Made by a program: the position numbers and the translations under genes. Shown in pieces: positions 1-14,621 of a stretch of DNA of 63,867 bases (positions are counted from its first letter, which is position 1; every line of letters starts with the position of its first letter). Under the pieces are notes generated by a model, which was not told the DNA's origin, did not search any database, and saw only the letters and a list, made by a program, of their open reading frames with translations. Location of the stretch: contig NC_058132.1 of NCBI RefSeq assembly GCF_016433145.1, forward strand, positions 64,002,948 to 64,066,814, in the 5' to 3' direction. This DNA is from Gracilinanus agilis. Lineage: Eukaryota.

Positions 1-374
1 CTTATCTCCCTGGGCATGATGGTACTTTTCTAGATGGCTGAGGGAAGAGGCTGCCCAGCCAGACTTTGGCAGGCCATCCATCGACAAGATGAAGCAGTGA
101 TCTTCCCAAGAGAGCCATCAACTTGCCCCCTCTCTGAACTTGGAGGGAGAGTAACAAGCATGCACCCAGACTTGGGCCAGGACTCAGAGACGTGAACACA
201 AACCCACAGACACAGAGTAGATCAGTCCCAAATCCAGCCTCAGATGGGATATGCTTAGAAAGGCCAGAGAGGGAAGGTCTCATCGTATAGGTACAAAGTC
301 ACCCTCCCTTCTCCCCATGCCCCAGCCTGAGGTCAGGAGGAGCCACGTGAGCAGCACTTCCCAGTCCCCTCTTA

Positions 375-2762
<2,388 letters not shown>

Positions 2763-4614
2763 TCACAAGGCCACTTGGTTGGGCCTGGCTCTTGCCCTCT
2801 GGGATCAGGTGACCTCATTAAAGATAAACCAGCTTTTCCTTCCTGGCCCAGTGCCTCGAGGGCTGGAACCTGATCTAGAGGAATCTGGGATGGGGATAGG
2901 GACCCCCACCTCCCTTTTGCTCCTCCATGGAAGCTGCAGGGCCCACGAAGACTGAGGTTCCTCCTCATCCCACTGGGATATGGGGACTTTCTAACTAACA
3001 GAATCAAGGGATGTTCTGAAAAATCCTTTCCCAGTCCTTTCCCTTGCATTCATCTCTCTGGCCCTAGAAGAACACCCCCTATTAGGAGCACAACTCCCCT
3101 TTAAAAGCCCCAACCTGGGGGTCGGAGCCCCATCCTTTTCCCTCTCGGTGGGGCCCTGCCTATTACCCTTGCTTAGGCTTAAGGACCTGGCTGATATCTA
3201 GTGATGGGGGTCCCAGGGAGGCCCTTCAGCCCCTGGAAACACCAATGCCCTGGTCTCATATTTCACGGCATTGTCTGGACCCGTAACTGATTCCCCCTTC
3301 CTGGACTGGGGACACTCAGCCCGGTGACCCTGTCTCCTGGCAACCAGCTCCAAATAGCCCAAGTCCCTGAATTATTGCTGAGCCCCAGACTGCTGCTCAT
3401 CCCAGCTCTGGTTTCTCCCAGGCTAGGAGGAACCAGGACCCTGGGAGAGATGGCTGGAGTTGGGAGGGAAGCTCCAGCCCATCCTCTCCTCTCTAACCCT
3501 TGCCTGCCAGGCAGGCCTGAGTCCTGAAAACACTCATCCCCTGGAGCTCCAGGGAGGGATTCTCCCATGAGAAGCCTCCTCCCCTTGGCCTGAGTGAGAC
3601 CAAGGCCACCCTCCCCCACAGCCCACTGGCCATGAGCATCTCAGAGATGCCGTCCCTGTGTGCCACTAGCCTGCAACTCCTACACGAGTCTGAGATAGAA
3701 GACTGGGAGGACCCAGGAATCTTCATGGATTGTCTGGAAAGTGTCCCACTCAATCTAATGACTCTGCCCAGTCTAATAAACACAAATGAAGAACCTGAGA
3801 ACATATGAACCAGGCTGGGTGCTCAGAATTAGAGGAAAAATCCATCCAGGTCTTCCCTTTAAGATTGTTACAGCCTAACCTGGCAGGGAGGAAAATAGCA
3901 ACTAACTACAATTTCCAGCTGTAATTAAGGCCGCATGAGACAATCCTGTTGTTCTCTGCCCATGGTAGGCTGGTCTTAAACAACTTCAGCATTTTAAGAG
4001 CGCTTGGCTTCATCTGGGTCCTCCCAGCAGCCAGCAGTTCGATTCACAGAATCAGAGAATTTGAGACTTGAAAGGGACCTCAGTGGCCAGCCATCCAGTT
4101 CTTCTGGGAATCCCCACTACAATATACCTGGGAAAGGGGCAGTCAAGGAGAAGGAACCCATCCCTTCTCCAGGTGGCCCATTCCACTTTCGGGCAAAGTC
4201 AATACAAGTCATGGGCTACATTGTCCACAGGCAAGAGAGTGAGTTTCTGTGCTGGGAGCTCTCTTTAGAGGCATTTCCTAACTCACAGACAACTGAGATA
4301 GGTAGGACCTGACACTCTGAGGGTTTGGGTGATTTGCCCAGAGTCATGCAGCTATGAAGTACATGAGGCAAGATAGAAACCCAGGACTTCCTAGTGCTTA
4401 GCACATAGCATTTAATAAGTATTTTTTATTCATTCATTTGTTTATTTCTGAATAAAAGTCCAGTACTCTATACAGGATGTCATCACATTTCTGTGTCTCA
4501 TACATTTTGTTGTGGTTCTGTCATTTTTCAGTCATGTCTGACTCTTCATCACCCCATTTGGAGTTTTCTTGGCAAAAATACTGGAATGGTTTGTTGTTTC
4601 CTTCCCCACTTCAT

Positions 4615-5165
4615 TTTTATTTTTATTTTATTTTATTTATTTTAAAATATTTTTCTATGTTTACATGATTCAATATTCTCTTGCTCTCCTCTTTCCTCTC
4701 CACTCCCAGAGCCAACAAGCAATTTCACTGGGTTGTACAAATGTTGTTACTTAATACCTATTTCCATATTATTCATTTTTGCTATCTAGTGATTTTTTTT
4801 AAGGCCAAAACCCCAAATCACATCCCCATATATACATGTGATAAGTGATGTCATGTGTTCTTCTTTTGCATTTCTCCTCCCATAGTTCTTTCTCTCAATG
4901 TGGATAGCATTCTTTCTCATAAGTCCTTTAGGAGTGTCCTGGCTTGTTTCATTGCTACTAGTAACAAAGTCCATTACATTGGATTGTTCTACAATGTATT
5001 ACTTTCTGTGTACAATGTTCTCCTGGTTCTGCTCATTTCACTCTGCATCAGTTCACCGAGGTTCTCCTAGTTCACATGGAAAGCCTCCAGATCATCATTC
5101 CTTTCAGCACAATATTATTCCATCACCATCAGATACCACAATTTATTCAGCCATTCCTGTGATTA
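4615..5165 (-). mobile_element. L1 3' end (5'-truncated)
   Basis: T-rich tail followed by antisense marsupial L1 3' UTR, homologous to the copies at 38274 and 44890. Confidence 0.8.
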
Positions 5166-5919
5166 GGGCCAGGCAATTGGGGTTAAGTGGCTTGCCCTAA
5201 AGGAAGTGTCTGAAGTCACATTTGAACTCAGGACCTCCTGTCTCTGAGACTGGTTCTCATTCCACTGAGCCATCCAGCTGGCCCTACCTAGGTTTATTCA
5301 CTTGGTATGTCCTGAGCAGGCAGTAGTTGTTAAGAGTGGCCTTGGAGTCAGACAGATCTGAGTTCACACTGGCTGTGCAAGCCTATGCAACACACAACTT
5401 CTCAGGATCCTAGGGAAATCTTTGACTATAAATTGCAGAGTATTTGCTGATCAGTAAGTGCATAAAGTGTCTGGCCTGAAGTCAAGAGGACTCATCTTCC
5501 TGAGTTCAAATCTGGCCTTAGACATTTCCTAGCTATGTGACCCTGGACAAGTCACGAAACTCTGTTTGCCTCAGTCTCCTCATCTGGAAAATGAGCCAGA
5601 GAAAGAAATGGCAAACCGCTCTAGTATCTTTGCCAAGAAATCCTCAAATGGGGTCCTGAAGAGTCAGAATGCTGAACAACAAATTTGCTGATCTGAATTT
5701 TCAGTTTCCTCACCAGAACTTCTACATAACAACAGCAAGCATTTTATATAGAGCTTGAAGTCTTACAAAGTGTTTACATCTATTATTCCATTTGATTCAC
5801 TTAACAATACTAAAAGGTGGGTGTTCTTATTATCCCTATTTTACAGAAGAAGAAACAGAGGCAGATGGAGGTTAGAAACAGAGTCTGAGACCATATTTGA
5901 CCTAGGTTTTCTTGATTTC

Positions 5920-6128
5920 TTTTCTTTTTTTTATTAACCCTTACCTTCTGTCTTGGAGTGAATACTGTGTATTGGCTCCAAGGCAGAAGAGTGGTAAGGG
6001 CTAGGCAATGGGGGTTAAGTGCCTTGTCCAGGGTCACACAGCCAGGAAGTGTCTGAGGTCAGATTTGAACCTAGGACCTCCCGTCTCTAGGCTTGGCTCT
6101 CAATCCACTGAGCCACCCAGCTGCCCCC
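5920..6128 (-). mobile_element. SINE1_Mdo, full length
   Basis: 15-bp TSD GGTTTTCTTGATTTC at 5905-5919 and 6130-6144; tRNA-like head and poly(T). Confidence 0.9.
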
Positions 6129-6319
6129 AGGTTTTCTTGATTTCAAGTCCAGGCTCTCTCCAATAGGGCACCTGGCTAATGAAGCCACAGGTGTGGTCCT
6201 CTACGTCTCTCCTTCTCTATTTCATTATATCTATTTTTACACGATCCTGTTATTTCCTTGGGAGAAACTATGCTCTTTAAAATATGTTTGCTTCGAGTCT
6301 TTCCCAACACCAGTCCATC

Positions 6320-6900
6320 CTCCATTCAGTCACTACAATTATTTTCCTAAAGTGCAGGGCTAATCATGTCACCCCCTCAACTCAATAAACTCCAGTGGCT
6401 CCCTATTGCCTTCAGGTACAAATATAAAATGCTGTTTGGCATTCAAAGCCCAAATAAATAGTTACTCCTACCTTTCCAGTTTTCTTACATCTTATTACCC
6501 ACTATGTACTCTTCCATCCCCTGGCTATTCAAGAATAAGATGCTCCATTTCTCAACCCCTGCCATTTTCTCTGGCTGTCCCATATTCCTAGAATGCCTTT
6601 TCTCTCTCCTTCCCCTATCTCAGTACTGACAACCCTGGCTTCCTTTAAGTCTCCTAAAATTTGCCTTCTCCAAGAAGGTTTCTCCATCCCTTCTAATGCC
6701 AGTTTTCATTATTTCTATTTATCGGGCATATTGTTTGCTTCATATATATTTGTTAGTATGTGGTTTATGCCCCATTAGAGTGTAAGCTCCCTGAGAGGCA
6801 AGGATTATTCTTTACCAAATGCATCCCTAGTGCTTAATACTATGGTGCCTGGCATATAAAAGGTAGGCACTTATGTTGATTGATTGATTGAGGGCAAAGA
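6320..6900 (+). mobile_element. L2 3' fragment
   Basis: Characteristic CTCCAGTGGCTCCCTATTGCC...TTAGAGTGTAAGCTCC...CCTAGTGCTTA..TGCCTGGCATA terminus. Confidence 0.7.
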
Positions 6901-6954
6901 TGGTTTCTTTTTTTTGTCTTTGAATTCCAAGGATTAAACAGTACCTGGCACATA

Positions 6955-7150
6955 GTACTTGTTCAATCGTGTCTGACTCTTTCATGACCTCATATGAGGT
7001 TTTCTTGGCAGAGATACTAGAGGTTTGCCATTTCCTTCTCCAGCTCTTTTGACAGATGAGGAAACTGAGGCAAACTGTGTTAAGTGACTTGCCCAGGGTC
7101 ATACATCTAGGAAGTGTCTGAAGCCAGATCTGATTTCAAGGAAGTGGAGT
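6955..7150 (-). mobile_element. MAR1-type marsupial SINE (similar copies near 4505, 5460, 12295, 12985, 18380, 26270, 32785, 40265, 42400, 53640)
   Basis: TTCTTGGCAGAGATACTAGAGGTTTGCCATTTCCTTCTCCAGCTC...GAGGAAACTGAGGC: CORE domain plus RTE-like tail. Confidence 0.75.
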
Positions 7151-7459
7151 TTTGCTCACCCACCTGTGCCTGGCACACAGTAGGGCTTGCTTCATGAAAG
7201 CTGGACTGATCGAAGGTGGGGACTGTTTTCTTAGTTTGGCTTAGTATCCTCAGAGCCAAACTCCGTGCTAGGAGCTCCCTAAATGCAAGCTTGTTACTAG
7301 GTCGGCTGATGATCGGCTCGTCTAGAGGTGCAGGAAGAGGCAACACTTTGGGGCTGGGGGTGCAGTCCACTAGAAATAGCCCCAAGTGGCTTGAAGAGGG
7401 ATCTCGGGGCCAGAAGGTGAAACAGCGATTTTGAGCCATCAGTCAGTTCACAGAGGAGC

Positions 7460-7830
7460 TTCCCGGCAGAGCCCCGCGCCTCTGTGGTGCCCAGTTTGTC
7501 CCCCAGGGGGCGCTCACCCGGATTGCGCCCGTCAGGACCCTCCCCGTGACGTCATGGAAGCGGCCCCGGAAGTCGAGCGGAAGTCGAGCTCACGTGGGCG
7601 CCGGCGCCCCGAGCTCCCATGGCCCGCTCTCGGCGCACCGGCGCGCACCGCGCGCACTCCTTGGCCCGCCAGCTGAAGGCTAAGCGGCGGCGACCGGACC
7701 TGGATGAAATTCACAGGGATTTGAAGCCCCACAGTGCCGCCCGCCGGCCCCAGCCCGACGCAGAGCCTGACCCCGACTTGCCCGGTGGCGGCCACCATCG
7801 TTGCTTGGCCTGCGCGTAAGCTCCGGGATC
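7460..7830 (+). promoter_or_regulatory. ZNF593 CpG-island promoter: CRE, two ETS sites and an E-box
   Basis: CpG-dense. TGACGTCA at 7547-7554; CCGGAAGT at 7566-7573 and GCGGAAGT at 7577-7584 (inside a direct repeat of CGGAAGTCGAG); CACGTG at 7591-7596, 23 nt before the ATG. Confidence 0.75.
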
Positions 7831-9035
7831 GGGAGGGAACATCCGGGGGCGGGTCATCTGGGGACTGGCCCGGGGAATCTGGGGGAGGTGTCGAAGCTCG
7901 TGGGGCGGAGGAATGAGGGACGTAGGAAGGAGAGGCTCTTGGAGAGGGCTAGGAGTAGGGACTCTGGGGACGGAGGCCTATGGCGGGGGCAGGGGGAGTG
8001 AGGTCCTGGGGAGGAGAGGCTCATTGGGAAGTGGGGACTTAGGGATGGAGGCTCATAGGAGCCGGGAAGTGGGGTTCTGGGGGATACAGGTTCATAGGAG
8101 CCGGGAAGTAGGGACCTTGGGATGGAGGTTTTTGGGGGCCTGGGAAGTGGGAACTAGGGTGGAGGCCTGTGGGAGGTGGGGCAAGGGCATTGGAGACCCA
8201 GGAGTGTGGATGTTGGAGGCGGGGGTTGAAAGTGGAGCCTAGGGAGTGAAGGCTTATGAAGGGATGGGGAATTGGGGACCTGAGGACTAAGAGGTTTAAG
8301 ATTTTGTGGGGATGGTATTTGAGGATCTGGAGGATGGAAGCTTTTGGAGATAGAACTAGGGAATTGGGAACCTCTGGAGGCTAGAAACCTGGGAATGGAG
8401 ACTTTGGGAGTTTGGGACCTGAGGGATGAAGGCTGGGAACAATCCTAAATCAGGAAGGAGAGGAAGCTGGGAGTTGAAAGATCCCATTATGAGGCCAGTG
8501 ACTTATCTGGATTCCTCATTTCTTAGCTCTTCTCCTTTGGTAGGGGGGGAGGGAAGAGAAGGAAAGGACCCTCCACCCATATCTCACCTTTATCCCCTTC
8601 CAGGAGATACTTCATTGATACTGCCAGCTTGAAGAATCATTTGAAGTCCAAAGATCATAAAAAAAGGTGGGATACTTATGGAAGCCCCCATTTTATCTTC
8701 CCTCCTTCTGACCCTTCCTCTCTTCTCTCTTTTACCACTTTTCCTCTTTGCCCTTCCCCACAGCATTTTTTCTTTCTAGCCTTTAATCTCTTCCCTTAGG
8801 TTTTCTCTTTGATCTGCCCCTTCTCTGTTTCTTCCCAACCTTGCCCCTACTTTTTTTAACCTTATTTTAACCCTTGTCTCTTTTCTCCTGTAGGCTGAAA
8901 CAGCTGAGAGTAGAACCCTACAGTCAGGAAGAAGCAGAGCGGGCAGCAGGCATGGGCTCTTATGTGCCCCCCAAGAGGTTGGCAGTGCCTACGGATGTAT
9001 CCACTGAGACATCTGATATGGAGGTGGCCAGCTAA
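7619..9035 (+). CDS. ZNF593: Zinc finger protein 593 (Bud20-like C2H2 protein, pre-60S maturation), 133 aa
   Basis: Exons 7619-7815, 8604-8666, 8894-9035 total 402 nt with GT-AG introns. [32 protein letters not shown]...CLACARYFID...[33 protein letters not shown] matches ZNF593; C-x2-C...H-x5-H finger intact. Confidence 0.97.
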
Positions 9036-9143
9036 TGCTGCCCAAAGGCAGAGGAAACCATTCTTGGATAGCGAAGCCAGGCTGAGCTGGCTGGACTGTG
9101 TCTTTCCCTCATCTTTCAGAACAGAAACTAATTCCTCTTTCCC

Positions 9144-9149
9144 ATTAAA
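9144..9149 (+). terminator. Candidate ZNF593 poly(A) signal (ATTAAA)
   Basis: First AWTAAA hexamer I found after the stop at 9035; motif only. Confidence 0.45.
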
Positions 9150-9427
9150 GGAAATGAGCTGCTCTCTCTCTTATCGTGTTTCTGATTTCCCCTAAATGCC
9201 AGGCTGGCGCTAATGCCTATTCTGCACCCATATTCCCTCAGGAGCTCCTATATCCCCTAGTGCTCCCGACTTCTGTGTTTGCCCCTGGGCTATGCCTATG
9301 GCACTCTGCTTCCTGCTGAACCTTTGGTCAACTCCCTTCTTTTCCCTTTCCTTGCTTTGGACCTGAGTTACCAGAAGGAGCCCCAAGCATGGCAAGTCTT
9401 CTATATTTGCTCCTTGCAATTTCCAGG

Positions 9428-9433
9428 TTTATT
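9428..9433 (-). terminator. Candidate ZNF593OS poly(A) signal (AATAAA)
   Basis: TTTATT on the + strand about 200 nt beyond the ZNF593OS stop; motif only. Confidence 0.5.
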
Positions 9434-9631
9434 CCATCCAAGGCTCCCATTTCTTCAGCTTAGGCAGGCATAGGTGCTCCCTGTACCCCGCCCTCTTCCC
9501 CATGGCCTCCCAGCCTGCTGGGGCCACCATCTGGTGGGACAAGGGTAGGAGGAATGGTTCTTCTGGATAATTGGGTCAGATGGATGCTGGGGCCCCCTGC
9601 TCTCCCATACTTCCAGGGGTTCCATCTCCTA

Positions 9632-10203
9632 TCATGGTGTCTTTGGGGACTTTCCTTGATCCATCAGCTGTCGGACACTGTAGAAGGAGAGCCCTAGGCC
9701 ACACACAGCCAGCAATGTGGCCAAGGCACCCATCAGTTGGTTCCGGGGCTCTGCCTCCAGCTCCCCAGCCACTTGCATCTGGGTAATGGGGCAGAAAGAG
9801 AGCAGTGTTGGGAGGGCTGAGGCAGCCAAGGAGTCTGTTGAAATCCCAGGGTATTCTCTCTGGCCTAATGGAACCAGACCTGGGAGATTGGGAGGGGTAC
9901 CCAGGAGAAGGAGCGGGACTGGGTGGGAGATGAGAGTAACTCCCAACCCCCCTTCCTCCTTAGGGTCAGGAAGGGCAAGAGGATGACTTCCCTCCCAGGG
10001 ACATTCCATCCCGATGCTCTCTCGCATCAGTGCTGCAGAGCTGGGATATGGGGCCCAGCTGCTCAGGCGGCATGCAACGTGCCTGGCTGCCTCCTGGGGT
10101 GGTGGGGTGTGGGTAAAGGAGAAGGAAATGGGGGAGGTTAGGGGGTGAAGGGAGTTACCTCTAGTCTCCGAAAGTAGCCGGGGGTCAATCTTCCAAAGCG
10201 CAT
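9632..10203 (-). CDS. ZNF593OS: ZNF593OS-type transmembrane microprotein, 63 aa
   Basis: Exon 10203-10159 (MRFGRLTPGYFRRLE, donor GAG|GTAACT) plus exon 9778-9632 (acceptor cccag|ATG; MQVAGELEAEPRNQLMGALATLLAVCGLGLSFYSVRQLMDQGKSPKTP, TGA). Same length as, and similar to, the recalled human protein (MRFRRLTPGYFR...AGELKAEPR...). Confidence 0.88.
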
Positions 10204-10959
10204 GATTGGCCTACGGCTGGGGGGCACATATGGGTGTCCTTGTCTTTCTGGTGGTGGTCTGGTAAGGGCAGGAAGGGAATGAATTTGGCATTCCCAATGC
10301 CAGCGAACAGAAATTGGGTCAGGGGGAGGGGGCAAGAACGCTGAGGGTTACATCTTAACTGTGTCCCCACTTTTGCTTACCGTCCTTCAGACGCACATAC
10401 GCACACGCAGTCTCCGACTTTCTTCGTTACTGGGTGCTCAGCTCTGTTCCAGTCCCGAATTGTCCTTTCTACCCCTCATCCCCATGCCAAGAATGCTCCT
10501 TTCATCTCCCCCCAACCCAATGGTATGGACGCCTGGAGAGGATGCTCACCTGCGGCTGCCCACGACTCGCAGTCAGCCGGGGTGGCAGCGGGCCCTTTAA
10601 ATCAGGTCCCCTCCCCTTGCTGGGCCAGTCTGGGCGGCAGCTGTCAAGAGATATCAGCATCAGGCTGGAATCAGGCCTTTGTGCCCACCCCACTTCCTGC
10701 CATGGAGGCAGGCACCTAGATTCAAGGAGAGAGAAGGCCATGCTCCAGCAGTTTATGCTTCATCCAGGGTAGAGGTGAAAGAAGACCCCTGTTTCTGCCT
10801 GGCTTGGGGTCCCAGACCCTATTTGGATATGCGGTGAGACTTCAGGCTCCCTGGAGGCAGCCAGCAGTGGCACAGAGTAAGGAAGCTAGGGATTTGAAGC
10901 CTCTTTTTGACACTATCTGTGCCCCTTTATTTCTCTTTCTCCTCTACTCTCTAAGGTCC

Positions 10960-12300
10960 TCTATAATCGGGGCCTTTGCTTTCCCCTCCTCCCAGTCTTC
11001 TAAACCCTCTGCAGTCTGGCTTCTGAGCTCACCGTCATTCAACTGAACCTGCTTGCTCCAGTTACCAGTAATCTCCTAACTGCCAAATGGAATGGCCTTT
11101 TCTCAGCCCCCCCCATCCATCTTAACCTCCCTGTTGCTTCTGACACTGTCAATCGTCTCCTTCTGGATACTCAAGCTTCTAGGTTTTCGTGACACTGTTC
11201 TCTCCTGGTTCTCATCTGTGCCCAATCACTCTTCAGTCTCATTTGCTGGTTCCTCATTCACATTGTCCTCCAGCTTTGGGTGTCCCCCAAGGCGCTGTCC
11301 TAAGTCCTCTTTTCACTCCATACTCCGACTTGGTCACCTCATTAACTTCCATGGGTGATCATTTTTTAGGAAGGTGCTTTCCACATCAATAGACACATCT
11401 CTAGTCTCTCTGATGATCTAGTCACCAATTCTCTCTTGAGTATCTCACTGGATGTCCCAGAAGCATTGTTAACTCAACATGTCTAAAATGACTCCTTATC
11501 TTTTCCCATAAACCTTTCCCCACCCTTCTAGATCTCCCTATCAAGATATATATAATAAATATATTTAAAAACTCTTATCTTCTGTCTTAGTGTCAATTCT
11601 AAAACAAGAGTATAAGTGACTTGCCTAGGGTCACAAAACTAGGAAGTATCTACCCCTGTTAATATTGTGAGCACCAACATCCTCCAATGCTAGAAATCTC
11701 AGTGTTATTCTTGACTTGTCACACTCTACATTCCAATCAGTTGCCAAATCTTGTTTCTACCTTCTCAGCATCTCCTGACTACCTCCCCTCCTCTCCACTA
11801 TTAGAGCCACAACGGTAGCCTGAGTCTAGGCCCTCAGCCCCTCTCCACTCCAGCAGTTGTCTTCCTGCCTCCAGAGTTTCCCAATCCAATCCAATCCATT
11901 CTCTCCTCATCTCCCAACATTTTTCTAAAGCAAAGGTCTGACCATGTTACAAACCTGCCCCGAAATAAACTCTAGTTGGCTCTGTAATTTCCAGGATCAA
12001 ATATAATGCTCCATAACCTGGTCCATTCCTCTTTCCAGCTTACACTTTACTCTTCCCTCCACCCCGATGACAAACCAGATCTGTTCAGAGTTCAGAGTTT
12101 ACTCAACTCCTACCCCTGGGCCATTGCATTGGCTGACCTCCACACTGAAGTGTTCTGCCCTTCACCTCGGATCGGTTCTTTGGCTTCCTTCAAGACTCAG
12201 CCCAAATCTCGCTTTAGTCTTTAAGAGTCCTTTCCTGGATCCTCGCTGCTAATGCCTTATCCTTTCAGATTACCTCCCGTCTGTTCCATCTGTGGGCAGC
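10960..12300 (+). mobile_element. L2 fragment, decayed
   Basis: Pyrimidine-rich L2 ORF2 and 3' sequence (TGCCAAATGGAATGGCCTTTTCTC...CTCAACATGTCTAAAA...TCTGACCATGTTAC). Confidence 0.7.
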
Positions 12301-14419
12301 TACATAGCATAGAGTGGATAGAGTGCCAGGCCTGGAGTCAGGAAGACTCATCTTCCTGAGTCCAAATCTGACCTCAGACACTAGCTGTGGGACTCTGTGT
12401 CAAGTCACTTAATCCTGTTTGTCTCAATTTCTTCATCTATAAAATGAGTTGCAGGAGGAAATGGCGACCACTCCCGTATCTTTGCCAATTCTTGGTATAA
12501 TAGTAAGCACAAGTAAATGCTTGTTGGCTGACTTCAGGATTTGTTTAATTCAATCTCATTTTACAGAAGAGTAAATAAGCCCAGAGAAGGGGTTACTCGC
12601 CCAAGGCCACCACAGGTAGTACAACTGGATTTGAATTCAGGTCCTCTGACTCCAAATTACACTCTTAGAGCACATTTGTTCTCCCTTAATAAATGTTGAA
12701 CTGCATTTCTTCCTCACTAGGCTGATAACTACAGAGCAGCCCTAGCCTGGGAGAGCACAGAAAGTGTCCCTTTCAGTCCAGCATGAGGTTCTAATCTCAT
12801 TTCTGCAATGGTCTAAGGTTCAGAAAGGACCTTCAACATGTTCATCTCATGATGTAGTTACTACCCATTCTATGAAGGGAGAAACTGAGACTTTCAAAAG
12901 TGGCATTATTTGCCAAGGAGCAGAGGCAGGACTATATATGGCCTCTATCTTCTGGCTGCATACCTGATGTTTTTTCCTTCACCTGGATTGAAGCATTTTC
13001 AGACTCCCTCCTGAGTTCAAATTTGACTTCAGAAACTTACTAGCTGTGTGACTCTAGGCAAGTCACTCCACTCTGTTTGCCTTAGTTTCCTCATCTGTAC
13101 AGTGAGCTGGAGAAGGAAGTGGCAAGCCACTGCAGTATTTTTACCAAGAAAACCTAAATGAGAAGGTGAAGAATGCAACATGTACCCCTTGGTGCTGGTA
13201 GCCCTTGAAACAATTGACTCCTTAAAGGCTTTGCTGCAGTGGCAATTTGAAAAGGCAGTTTTTAGTCTTCCTCAACCCCCTGACATTTTGTATGTGAAAT
13301 TCAGACAGCTGGAAGGGATCTCAGAACTCATCCAGGCCACTCCCCTATTATAGTTATTTATTTTCAAAATCTGTTCTGTAAGAGAACATTATTTATATTA
13401 TATATAAAAAATTAAATATATATAAGTATATATATTTAATATATATTATATATATAAATTAAATATATTCATTTATATAAAATAGATGCTGACTTGGGTC
13501 TATTTTAATTATGGAATCAATCTGAATTGTTGATTCCTGGCGGCCACACTTTAAATATATATTTAAAAAATTCCTAAAAATCTCCCTCTTACAGTTCCAA
13601 GGCAGAAAGAGTAGTAAGAGCTAGACAACTAGGGTTAAATGACTTGCCCAAAGTCACATAGCTAGGAAGTGTCTGAGGCCAAACTTGAACCCAAGACCTC
13701 CCGTCTCTGCACCTGGTTTTCTATCCAATGAGCCACCTAGCTGCCCCAATCCCCTCTCTTTTATAGGTGAAGTGCAGAGAATGCTCACAGGTTGTGTGAA
13801 TCAGATAGGATTAGAATCCTTGGAGCTCTAACTTCAATTCTACCATATCAATATCTAGTATTTACCTTTCTAGGGCCCTATTGGTTGTACTTCACCTAGT
13901 CCCAGGGAACCTTGGCTTTTTGTTCATCGTGGACTCCTTTGGCAGTGGAGAGAAACAGAATGTTTAAAAGCATAAACTAAATTCCCCAGGGCTACAAAGG
14001 AAAGCAATTATTCTGAAATGAGTTTACTGGATTTGTTTTTCTTATTTCCCCACAGAATCTCAGGCCTTGGTAGATTATAAATCCCATGAGAGCAATACGG
14101 ACTGGTTATTTTGGTGATGGTTTCTGTGGGTCAGGCTGCTGTCCTTGGTGAAGGGAACCACCTCTAAGTGACTATTTACACAGAGTCCCACTTTCTTTGC
14201 AATTTTAAAAAACCTTTTCCTTCTTAGAATCAAGAATACGTATTAGTTCTAAGGCAAAGGAGCAGTAAGGGCTAGACAATTGGGGGTTAAGTGACTTGCC
14301 CAGAGTTATTCAACTAGGAAGTGTCTGAGGCCAGATTTTTTTTTTTTTAACCCTTACCTTCTGTCTTAGAATCAAGAGTGTATATTAGTTCTAAGGCAGA
14401 AGAACAGCAAGGGCTAAGG

Positions 14420-14621
14420 CAGTGAAGGCAAACCTTTTAGAGACCAAGTACTCAAACAGCAACCCTCAAGAACCCCCCCCCCCTTTACTCCAGACAGGGG
14501 AAGGAAGAAGGGCTCCCATTGGGCTCCTGGGCAGAAGATATGAAAAATGTCCTCAGGAACTATGAAGAGGAGAAGGAGAGCAGCCCCTCTCCAGCTCCAG
14601 TACCATAGGTTCACCAACATG
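14420..14621. mobile_element. hAT MITE with OposCharlie1-like TIR, inserted in a SINE1_Mdo
   Basis: CAGTGAAGGCAAACCTTTTAGAGAC...CCATAGGTTCACCAACATG. It splits a minus-strand SINE at GGCTAGGC. Confidence 0.7.

Noticed and set aside
7554-7676. Upstream ATG ([10 protein letters not shown]...) overlapping the ZNF593 start
   Set aside because: The ATG lies within the CRE, upstream of the ETS sites where the TSS is expected, so it is probably not transcribed. CAGE data could reopen this.
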